Source of the DNA: the human T2T-CHM13v2.0 reference genome, Homo sapiens
Strand: one strand, 5' to 3'
NCBI RefSeq assembly: GCF_009914755.1
Contig: NC_060927.1
Length of the DNA: 64,000 nucleotides
Part shown: positions 44,597-56,700 of the stretch, piece by piece
How the letters are laid out: every line of letters begins with the position of its first letter
Position numbering within the stretch: the stretch's first letter is position 1
Notes under the pieces: model-generated
Database searches by the model: none
The model's input: the letters and a program-made list of their open reading frames with translations, nothing else
What the model was told of the DNA's origin: nothing
Program-made: the position numbers and the translations under genes

Positions 44597-45691
44597 TAAA
44601 TACCTAATTCTTTAATTCCCAAGTGTCAATGAACATCCACAAGTAGCAAGACCACCCAGGAAAACATAACCTCACCAGATGAACTAAATAAGGCACCAGT
44701 GAACAATCCCAGAATGACAGAGATACATGACTTTTCAGAGAGAATTCAAAATCTCTGTTTGAGGAATCTCAGTGAAATCAAAGATAAAATATAGAAGAAA
44801 TTCAGAATTTTATCAGATAAATTTAACAAGACATTGATATAATGTCTAAAAATCAAGCAGAAATTTTGGTGTTGAAAAATTCAACTGACATACAAAAAAG
44901 TGTATCAGAATCTCTCAACAACAGAATTAATCAAGAAAAAAGAATGGTGAGCTTGAAGACAAGCTATTTGAAAGCACACAGTCAGAGGAGACAAAAAAAG
45001 AATAAAAACAATAAAGCATGACTACATGATCTAGACAATAAGTCTCAAAGGGGCAAATCTCAGCATTATTGGCTTTAAAGAGGAGGTAGAGAGAGAGAGA
45101 GATTGGGATAGAAAGTTTAAAGAAATAACAACACAGAACATGTCAAAGCTAGAGAAAGCTGTTAATAATAATAGAAGACCAAGCAGATTTAACTCAAAGA
45201 AGACTACCTGAAGACATTTAATAAGAAAATTCCCAAAGGTCAAGGATAAAGGAAAAGATTCTGAAAGCAACAAGAGAAAAGAAAAAATAAAATAACGTAT
45301 AAAGGAGCTTCATATGTGTAACAGCAGATTTCTCAATGCAAACCTGACAGGCCAGGAGAGAGTGGCATGAAATATTTAAAGGGTTGAAGGAAAAACAAAA
45401 CAAAACAACTTTTATCCTAGAATAGTACATCCAACAAAATAAAGGGTTTCCCAGAAAAACAAAAGGTGAGGGATATCATCAACACAAGACTTGTTCTACA
45501 AGAAATGCTACCAGAAGTTCTTTAATCTGAAAGAAGAGGGTGTTAATGAGCAATAGGAAATAATCTCAAAGCACAAAAGCCACTGGTACATAGACAACTA
45601 GTGAATACTATAACATTGTATTTGTGGTGTATAAATGACTCATATATTGAGTAAGAACACTAAAAGATTAACCTATGAAAAAATAACTATA

Positions 45692-46113
<422 letters not shown>

Positions 46114-46895
46114 CTAGTTTGTTAGTTTGTTCATATAATCACAGTTTAGCTGTAATCAGCTTAAAATAATGGGTTACGAGATGCTATTTGCGAGACTCAT
46201 GGTAACCTCCAATCCAAAACCCTATGACAGATACACAAAATACAAACAGCAAAAAATAAAAATATACTGCCAGAGAAAATTACTTTCGTAAAAAAGAAGG
46301 CAGGAAAGAAGAAAAAACACAAAACAACCAGAAAGCAAGAATAAAATGCTTTATACACGTGTAAAGAACACTAAATGCACAAAATACTTTCTTTTCTTTT
46401 AATTTTACTTCTCCCTCTTACTGCTTTGTAATCATGTTTGCTCATTTCAATTCATTTATTTATTTAGAGGTTTTTTTGGTAATAAGTTTTGCAGCATATT
46501 GTTTATTATGTCATTAACAATTATAAAATTATACTAACATTTCTAAAAATGGGTTTTTCATTTTTTGATCTTTATTGATTTCTCAATCACTTTTAACACT
46601 TATAGCAAATTACCCTTCTTCTCTCAAATTGGTTTATTATATATAATAAAATCTCCTTTTTCTATAGCTCAGACCATCCCTGGTCAGTATTATTGGAGTC
46701 ACAAGCACAGCAGTGGAAACTGAAAAATCTAAAATGTTTTAACAAAATGTAATACAGTTCAGCTTACAAATTATGAAAAAAAAGTATAAAAATTCCATGT
46801 AATTCTTGATATACTCAGGTCAGTCTTAACTTTGTAACTCCCTAAGATTGTCTAAAGAATGTAAATACCTTACTAGTGGCATTAAAAGTGACTGC

Positions 46896-48020
46896 TTTTG
46901 ATTTGCATTTCTCTAATGGCCAGTGATGATGAGCATTTTTTCATGTGTCTGTTGGCTGCATAAATGTCTTCTTTTGAGAAGTGTCTGTTCATATCCTTTG
47001 CCCACTTTTTGATGGGGTTGTTTGATTTTTTCTTGTAAATTTGTTAAGTTCTTTGTGGATTCTGGATATTAGCCCTTTGCCAGATGGGTAGATTGTAAAA
47101 ATTTCCTCCCATTCTGTAGGTTGCCTGTTCACTCTGATGGTAGTTTCTTTTGCTGTGCAGAAGCTCTTTAGATTAATTAGATCCCATTTGTCAGTTTTGG
47201 CTTTTGTTGCCATTGCTTTTGGTGTTTCAGTCATGAAGTCCTTGCCCATGCCTATGGCCTGAATGGTATTGCCCAACCACAATGAGATACCATCTCACAC
47301 CAGTTAGAATGGCAATCATTAAAAAGTTAGGAAAAAACAAGTGCTGGAGAGGATGTGGAGAAATAGGAATGCTTTCACACTGTTGGTGGGACTGTAAACT
47401 AGTCCAGCCATTGTGGAAGACAGTGTGGCGATTCCTCAAGGATCTAGAACTAGAAATACCATTTGACCCAGCCATCCCATTACTGGGCATATACCCAAAG
47501 GATTGTAAATCATGCCGCTATAAAGACACATGCACATGTATGTTTATTGCGGCACTATTCACAATAGCAAAGTCTTGGAACCAACCCAAATGTCCGTCAA
47601 TGATAGACTGGATTAAGAAAATGTGGCACCTATACACCATAGAATACTATACAGCCATAAAAAAGGATGAGTTCATGGTCTTTGTAGGGACATGGATGAA
47701 GCTGGAAACTTCATTCTGAGCAAACTATCGCAAGGACAGAAAACCAAACACCGCATGTTGTCACTCATAGGTGGGAATTGAACAATGAGAACACTTGGAT
47801 ACAGGATGGGGAACATCACATACCAGGGCCTGTCATGGGTTGTGGGGAGGGATAGCATTAGGAGATATACCTAATGTAAATGACGAGTTAACAGGTGCAG
47901 CACACCAACATGGCACATGTATACATATGTAACAAACCTACATGTTGTGCACATGTACCATAGAACTTAAAGTATAATAATAATAAAAAAAGTCTGTATT
48001 AGTCAACAACAACAAAAAAA
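46896..48020 (+). mobile_element. L1PA 3' end with 5' inversion and TSD
   Basis: 46896-47274 is antisense and 47275-47991 is sense through the A tail; tgactgcttt occurs at 46889-46898 and 48021-48030. Confidence 0.95.
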
Positions 48021-49864
48021 TGACTGCTTTAAATTTGAAAAAAGCAAAAGAACCACCATATAAGAGTTCCAAACTAGATTTTTAATTTTTTTATTTGTAT
48101 TTCTGCTTGGCTGATATAATGGCACTTATCACTGTGTGACTTATGAAATCAATTACTGGGTAAGAGATTGAAATCTGGGAAATAAGTTCTAGAAAATACT
48201 TTAAAATATTCCACACTCTAGGTTTAGGTCTTTGGGTAACATTTCAGCGTGTGACTCATAGAAACTGTAACTTAACTATACTATACATATGGAACTTGTA
48301 ATCTTGTTCTTTGTATACTATGTGGTAAATTTCTTTCTGTGGTAGCAAGTAGTAAACTTTATTTCTTAAGAATATATTAAAAGGAATTGGAATTTTATTT
48401 CTCTATAGCTAAATAGTTAAACTGAACCAAGCTAAAAATGTTGAAGAGCTTTAGTCAAGATAACATATTTCAAATCTGGGACTTACTTTCCCTGATCACA
48501 GTTAAACAATGATGGTTTTATAGGAAATACAAACAATCTCAGCACACACCTGTTTCTTTGGGGTTTCTTTTTCATTATTATTTTAAACAACAGTGGTAGG
48601 AAACACATTTCAGAAATAAAATGTGTCTTAAATTTATTATTCCCTCTTTATTCTGATTATAGACACTGTTTAAAATATGGAAATAAAAATTCAAAGGCTG
48701 TGGTGTTCATTAATGCATTTTATTTTATAATAATAACTTATTTTAAAAACACTAAAGATTAAATCTAAATACATGAAGCAAATTAATATCATCCTAACAT
48801 ACCATTACCATTATCTAAACTCAGTTGACATAACTTGTCACTCTATTTAAATATACTCAAAACATTATTGGTAATATTTTATAAATAATATTTGTGTTAA
48901 TATATGTTAAAATTTGATTAAATGCAGGTTTCACGTGGTCAAGTCAGTTACAATGATTGTAATAACTTTAGTTGTGATACATAAAAGAGATTTGTTTAAT
49001 TCATTATAAACATAAATATTTCATTAACAGAATAAAACTTACTGGCCAAAATTTTTAAAAATTATCAAATAAATGGTAAAATCAAGTAAGAACAACTGAA
49101 AAATACCTCTTTAGTTTGTGATACATTTACATATTTAAGATTTGTTTTATGCCTTCTGTCAAAAAGCTTTTGAGGTAATATAATTTTAAAGCATTCATAC
49201 ACACTATAACTTAAAGAATCAATTTTTTAAAATGGAGAAATAATATAAAATACATAATAGCTTAACTATATTATTTAAATACTTAATATAATTAGAGTAA
49301 TTTGATAACAAATGAGATAATGTACCCAAATCTATCCCTGTGGGCTTAGTTACAATGATATGTGTAAGTGAATTCATAGCATTTCCAAACCTCTTTTTAT
49401 AAGAAATATAATTTTCTGATATAAATTCTACACTGCCCATTCTGCTTATTTTCAATTACTGGGTATATTCAAAGTTCAGTGATTAGAAGAATGAAATTGA
49501 ATAAACTTACAGACTCTACACTTTGAAAGATCATTCAGCCGGGCATAGAGTACCTGACGTATACGTGTTGAATTTATAACCATACATCAACAGAAAGAGG
49601 ACAGACCTGTTTTTACCATAAAAGAACTGCCTTCTACAGTGTTCTATCCATGTAGGGGACCTGGCAAGGGTAGGAAACAGATGGTTACAGCATAGCTTGA
49701 AGAACCACAAACATCTGGACACCAATGGCATCAATGCCAGACAACTTATGGTCACAAATTAAAAATAAGAAAAAAAATCCTTAGGCTCTTTTAGCAACTT
49801 GAGGGGTAGCCTGAATCTCTGCTTTTGGAGAAGATGATTTGTACTGGGAACAAAAGAAATGCCT

Positions 49865-51240
49865 ATGAAGAGAATGAGAAGAGAAGCCACAGAGTGCCAG
49901 AAAATATTTGCGATAAACAGATCTAATAAAGGACTGTTATCCAAAATACACAAAGAACTCTTAAAACTCAATTTAAAAAAATAATTGAAAAGTAGGCAAA
50001 AGACCTGAACAGACACCTCACTAAAGAAGATGTAGCACTTTGGGAGGCCGAGGCGGGCAGATCATCAGGTCAGGAGTTGGAGACCGGCCTGACCAACAGG
50101 GTGAAACCCCATCTCTAGTAAAAATACAAAAGAAAATTAGCCGGGCGTGGTGGCATGCACCTGTAATCCCAGCTACTCAGGAGGCTGAGGCAGGAGAATC
50201 GCTTGAACCCAGTAGGCAGAGGTTGAACTGAGCCGAGAGTGGTTCCACTGTACTCTAGGCTGGGCAACAGAGCCAGACTTTGTCTCAAAAAAAAAAAAAA
50301 AAAAGAAGATATAAAGATATAAAATAAGCATATATATAGATGCCCAACATCACAAGTCATTAAGAAACTGCATATTAAAACAAGAAGATACCATTATCTA
50401 CCTACTAGAATGGTCCAAATCCAAAAGACCAACACCAAATGCTTGTTAGAATATAGGGCAACAAGAATTCTCATTCATTGCTGATGGGAATACAAATGTT
50501 ACAGCCACTTTGGAAGACCATTTGCTTGTTTAAAAAAAAAAAAAAAACTAAATGTATTATTGCCATAGAATCTAGTAGTCACTTTCCTTAGTATTTACCC
50601 AAAAGAGTTGAAAACTTATATTCCCTAAACACCTGAATGTGTATGTTTATAGAAGTTTTATTCATAGTTACCGAAACTTTGGAGCAGCCACGATATCCTT
50701 TATTAGGTGAATGGATAAATAAACTGTGGTATACCCAGACAATAGAATATTAGTCAGTGCTAAAAATAAGTGAGCTATCAAGCCATGAAAAACATGGCGG
50801 AAACTTAAATGCTTATTACTAAATGAAAGACACCAATCTGGAAAATCATGTACTGTATGATTCCAAGTATATGACATTCTGGAGAAGGCAAAACCACAGA
50901 GAAGATCAACGATGAGTAGCTGCTATGGTTTCATGCATAAGGGAAGGATGAATAGAGAGAGCAGGGAGAACTTTTAGGGCAGTGAAGCTATTCTGTATGA
51001 CACTACAATAGTGGATACATGCCATGCTACGTTAGTCAAAACCCACAGAAAGTACAACATCAAGCATCTACTCTAATGTAAACCATTTACTTTGGGTGAT
51101 AATAATGCGGCAATGTAGGTTCATTGATTATAGCAAATGTACCACTCTGATGTGGGATGTTTATAGTGGGAGAGGCTGTACATATGTAGGGGCAAGGGTA
51201 CAGGGGAACTCTGTACTGTGCACTCAATTTTGCTGTGAAA
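49865..51240 (+). mobile_element. L1MC-like 3' end, interrupted by an Alu
   Basis: ggactgttatccaaaatacacaaagaactc; aatgtaggttcattgattatagcaaatgtaccactctg. Confidence 0.85.
50035..50303 (+). mobile_element. AluS, slightly 5'-truncated
   Basis: Starts at agcactttgggagg; aaagaagat flanks both sides. Confidence 0.94.
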
Positions 51241-52685
51241 AGAGTAAAGGCTGTCAAAGAGAGAAAGAACCTTTCTTTTAGAGAGAAAGGCCAACCTATA
51301 AAACTCAGAAAAAAATAAACCCAAGATAGACATACAGAGCCAGTAATGATAAAATTTTTGTATCTGTGGTTCAAAGTCAGGTTAGATATAGACATGTTCC
51401 CATTGGCACAGGAAATATTGTTTATTCAAATCTAATCATGAGACCCCCTAGACTGTTTTAAACTTTTTAGATTATGACCTACCATAAGAAATACATTTTA
51501 CACAAAGGATCCAATATACACAAACACACACACACGTACATGCACATGCAATTTAAAGAAATTCAACACTTAATGCATGTGATGTACTCTATATTTTCTT
51601 TTATTCAATATTATTTAAAAATTTGCTGAATATAATTTAGTTAATTGATTTTTTTATAACTCTAGTTTACAAAATGTTGCCCGGAATCCAGTCTAGTGCT
51701 CATATTAGAGATTGTTTTATCGTCAGTTACACAAATAATTACTGCTCCTTGGTATTCTGCAGACACCAGAATGAATAAGGGAAACTTAATTGAGAATCTT
51801 CTGTCAGCATGAGCCTTAATGGAGTGAATTCAGTTGAAGCACTAAGGGAGGTCTTGTGGTTGAATTCGTACATTAAAAACAGGACTTTGTGAATATACCA
51901 TCTTCCTCCTCTGGCAAGAAGCATGGCTGACAGCTATTGAATACTAACTTTGAAGTACTTGTTTTCTAATAATTGATTTGATTAACCAGAAGAGACCCTA
52001 ATTCAGCAAAGGAAAGCCAAACAGCATCCTCTGGATTGTCAGAAAATAATCCCACCCTACACACAGAAAAAGAGAAACCTAAGAAATGGGATAGGCTATG
52101 ACTGTGTGAGAAAAGGAGGGGGCAAGAGATACAAGAGTCTGTACAAGGTGGATTGGGAAAACGTTATTTTCAGAGAAAGAGAATTTTGACGAGAGTCTAT
52201 CCTGTTTATGAGAGGAGTTAAGAGTAAGAAAAATAGACAAAGAGAAATTGTATAAAGTATTGTTCCGCATTTGAAAAAACAACTATTAGTATTTTCATGA
52301 GAAATTAAATTAAATATTTAAATGCTTTCAATCATATTTTGGTTACCAAACTGTTATGTTGTTTCTGTTGCTGTTACATTGTTGGTTCTGTTGCTGTTGT
52401 TATCATTATTGTTATTTTTAAGATAACTACATGACACAATGAGTCCCAAACAAAAATTGCAATTGTTAAACTCTAAGAGTTAATTTTTCCAATGCAGTGT
52501 AATAACTGGGATTATCCTTTAACTCTTCTCTGGGTTCCAAATCACATTTTGAAGTTGCTTGATAAGGGAAGGATTTAGAATATTGGTAGGCCTAAATATA
52601 GTATGTGTATATATTCAAGGAAGCAAAATACACTTATTATAAATACATTTTTAAACATGAGTTATTTTATATTTTTTCTTTTTAG

Positions 52686-52721
52686 ATATGCAAATCAGAC
52701 TACTAAAAACAGTATATGGTG
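52686..52721 (+). other. Candidate 36-nt microexon
   Basis: ttattttatattttttctttttag|ATATGC...TATGGTG|gtaagt; frame-preserving, open in two frames (xMQIRLLKTVYG or YANQTTKNSIW). Confidence 0.45.
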
Positions 52722-52895
52722 GTAAGTGAGTTATATTGAAATCTCCGAAGTGCTCCCTTTGTTGGCTGTTTTAAGTCTAACAATGCCAGTTATAATTCAG
52801 TCTAAGAACTATTCAGTGACTCTTGGAAAAGATTAAGGCTCAAATCTTAAAGCAACTAAGCAGACATTCATGATGGTTTAAATATACTTACTCTA

Positions 52896-53172
52896 AGCCA
52901 GGCGCAGTTACTCACGCCTGTAATCTTAGCACTTTGGGAGGCCAAGGTGGGCAGATCATGAGGTCAGGAGATCGAAACCATCCTGGCTAACATGGTGAAA
53001 CCCCGTCTCTACTAAAAATACAAAAACAAAATTAGCTGTGAGTGGTGGTGGACGCCTGTAGTCTCATTTACTCGGGAGGCTGAGGCGGGAGAATGGCATG
53101 AACCCAGGAGGTGGAGCTTGCAGCGAGCCAAGATCACGCCACTGCACTCCAGGGCTGGCCCCTAAAAAAAAA

Positions 53173-53173
<1 letters not shown>
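52896..53173 (+). mobile_element. AluY/Sc with altered 3' end
   Basis: gagatcgaaaccatcctggctaacatgg; ends ccagggctggcccctaaaa instead of the canonical end. Confidence 0.93.
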
Positions 53174-53174
<1 letters not shown>

Positions 53175-53256
<82 letters not shown>

Positions 53257-53420
53257 TACACATATGTATATACGTATATACACATATATAATATATGATA
53301 TATATTATATATCATATATAATATATGATATATAATATATATCATATATAATATATGATATATAATATATATCATATATAAATGTATATGTATTTTTTGT
53401 GTATATATACATATATATAT
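53175..53420. repeat. Compound (TA)n(TG)n microsatellite plus AT minisatellite
   Basis: A (TA) run, then a (TG) run, then a 30-bp unit atatataatatatgatatataatatatatc about three times. Confidence 0.95.
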
Positions 53421-53759
53421 TTATTCCAATTTAACAAAGTTTTCTTTGTAATCTTTTAGAAGTTGATGGCATTATTACACATATTTTACTATCAGTTTCA
53501 TCTAAAAGTAGACAAGGCAGAATATGGAGATTACTATTCCTTGTAGATTATATTTGACATGATGTATCATAATTTTTTGAATACCTACTTTTATGTATCT
53601 GTGAGGTGAATTGAAAATCTTTATCTTGTCTTTTTAATCTTATTTATAACACTATTGAATCCAGAAATTGCAGGCACTAAATTCAATGTGATTCCTCATC
53701 TGTCTTTCAATTAAAAAATAACAACCAAAACAAAAACCAATGTCTGTTTTAAAAAAAAG

Positions 53760-56700
53760 AAGCTTCCCCTCCGTGGACTATCATTGCAGTGAGATCCTTG
53801 GCAGGCACAGAGCCAGCCAGCTCCACCCCCACCAGTGCCCATTCTGGTGCCAACAATGGTACAAGAAAGAAACTAGTCTCAGAGAACAGCAGACCATCTC
53901 CCACCCTGAGCTACCAGCCCTACTTACAGCACACATAGAACACACACAGACCTGCACCCACCAGCACCCTGCCCCCATGCTAACACCACCACCGGCGTGA
54001 CCACATGCACAGTTGCCAGCAGGGCCCATATCTTCTCCCCTTCCACCCCTAGCCATGCTGCCTCCACCACTGTGGTGAATTCTTGCATGGAGGCAGGCAC
54101 CCTGACACCTGCTAGTGCCCCGCTGCAGCTGACAAGTGTGCACCCTGCAGCACTGCCACTGCCGCTGCTGCCGGGATGTTCAAACGAGGACAGACCCTTC
54201 CACTGCACTATGAAATGCTTGGCTAACTCCACCTATTAGAGTGTAGTGACCAGTGGTCTGGTAGCACCTTGCCCTCTTCCCCCCAGTGCCTTGGATTCCT
54301 AAGCTCAAATAGCCAGAGAAAGAAGTCACGGAGTAATAGAAGTCCACCAGAGGAAGAGCATGCAGTCCAAAAGTTGGGAGCTGAGTGCTGGCCCCCTAAA
54401 ATCTTCTGGAAATGAAGCCAGCTGGCTAAATTCACCTTATACTACAATCACACCCTCAAGGTCATCAAATAAGATAAAAGGAAAAAAAAAATCATCTAAA
54501 GGTCAGGAACTTTAAAGATTGAAGAAGCATCAGCCCACAAATGAGAATGAACCAATGCAAGAACTCTGACTACTCAAAAAGTTAGAGTGTCTTCTTTCCT
54601 CCAAATGACCATGCCACCTCTGCATCATGGGTTCTGAATCAGGCTGCGATGGCTGAAATGACAGAAATAAAATTTGGAATATGGATAGGAACAAAGATCA
54701 TTGAGGAGTATGTTGAAATCCAAACCAAGGAAGCCTAAGAATCACAATGAAACAATGCGGGAGCTGATAGACAAAACAGCCAGCATAGAAAAGAGTATAA
54801 CTAACCTGTTAGAGCTGAAACACTACAATAATTTCATAATACCATCACAAGGATCAATAGTGGAATAGACCAAGCTCAGGAAAGAGTCTCAGAACTTGAA
54901 GACTAGCTTTCTAAAATAAAACAGTGAGATAAAATTAGGAAAAAGTTCAATGAAAAGCAAAAAATAAAATCTCTAAGAAATGTGGGTTTATGTAAAGAGA
55001 CGAAATCTACAACTCGTTTGTGTCCCTGAAAGAGAGGAAGAGGTTGTCAGTAACTTGGAAACATATTTCAGGATATCATCCATAAAAATTTCCCCAATGT
55101 AGCTAGAGAGGCCAACATTCAAATTCAGGAAATGCAGAGAACCCCAGTAAGATACTTTACAAGAAAAGACAATCATCCTCAAGACACATAATCATCAGAT
55201 TCTCCAAGGTCAAAATGAAATAAAAAATGTTAAAGCAGCTATAGAGAAAGGCCATATCACCTACAAAAGGAAGTCTATCAGACTAACAGTGGACCTCTCA
55301 ACAGAAACCCTACAAGCCAGAAGAGATTGGGGGCCAATATTCAACATTTTTAAATAAAAGAAATTCCAACCAGAATTTCATATCTAGCCAAACTAAGCTT
55401 CATAAGTGAAGGATAAATAAGGTCCTTTTCAGACATGCAAATACTGAGGGAAATCATTACCAGCAGACCTGTCTTACAAGAGCTCCTGAAGGAAGCACTA
55501 AATATACAATAGAAAGAAAAGACTGTTACCAGCCACTACAAAAACACACTGAAGTACACAGACTGTTGCACTATAATGCAACCACACAAACAAGTCTGCA
55601 AAATAACCAGTTAGTATCATAATGACAAGATCAAATCCATACATATCAAAACTAACCTTGAATGTAAATGAGCTAAATGTCCCAATTGAAAGGCATAGAA
55701 TGGCAAGCTAGATAAAGAACCATGACCCATTGGTATGCTCTCTTCAAGGCACCTATCTCATGCAATGGCACAAATGGGCTAAAAATAAAGGGATGAGGAA
55801 ATATCTACTAAGCAAAGGAAAACAGAAAAAAGCAAGGGTTGCAATTCTAATTTCAGACAAAACAGACTTTAAACCAACAAAGATGAAAAAAGACAAAGAA
55901 GGACATTATATAATGGTGATGGTTTCAATTCAACAAGAAGACCTATCTATCCTAAATATTTACACACCCAACACAGGAGCACCCAGATTCATGAAGCAAG
56001 TTCTTCTAGATCTTTAAGAAGACTTAGACTCCCAAACAATAATAGTGGGAGATTTTAACACCCCACTGACAATATTAGACAGATCATCAAGGCAGAAAAT
56101 TAACAAAGACATGCAGGACCTGAACTCAGGACTGGATCAAATGGACCTGACAGACAACTATAGAACTCCCCACCCAAAAGCAACAGAATATACATTCTTC
56201 TCACTGCCACATGGCACATTTTCTGACATTCACCACATAATTGTACACAAAGCACTCCTTAGCAAATGCAAACCAACTGAAATAATAACAACTACTCTCT
56301 TGGACCATAGTGTAATGAAATGAAGTTAGAAATCAAGACTAAGACGTTCACTCAAAACTGTACAATTACATGGAAATTGAATAACCTTCTCTTGAATGAC
56401 TTTTGGGTAAATAATGAAATTAAAGCAGAACGTAAGAAGTTCTTTGAAACTAATTAGGACAAAGATACAACATACCATAATATCTGGGACACAGCTAAGG
56501 CTGCATTAAGAGGAAATTTATGGCACTAAATGCTCATAACATAGTTTGAGTGTGTCCCTACCCAAATCTCATCTTGAATTGTAGTGCCCGCTATTTCCAT
56601 ATGTTGTGGGAGGGACCTGGTAGGAGGTAATTCAATCATAGGGACAGGTCTTTCTTGGGCTGTTCTCATGATAGTGAATAAGTCTCATGGGATTTGATGG

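Noticed and set aside
47282-47719. 145-aa ORF with a cysteine-rich motif
   Set aside because: C-terminus of L1 ORF2 in a truncated insertion; the ORFs at 36138 and 55730-58287 are likewise L1 remnants.
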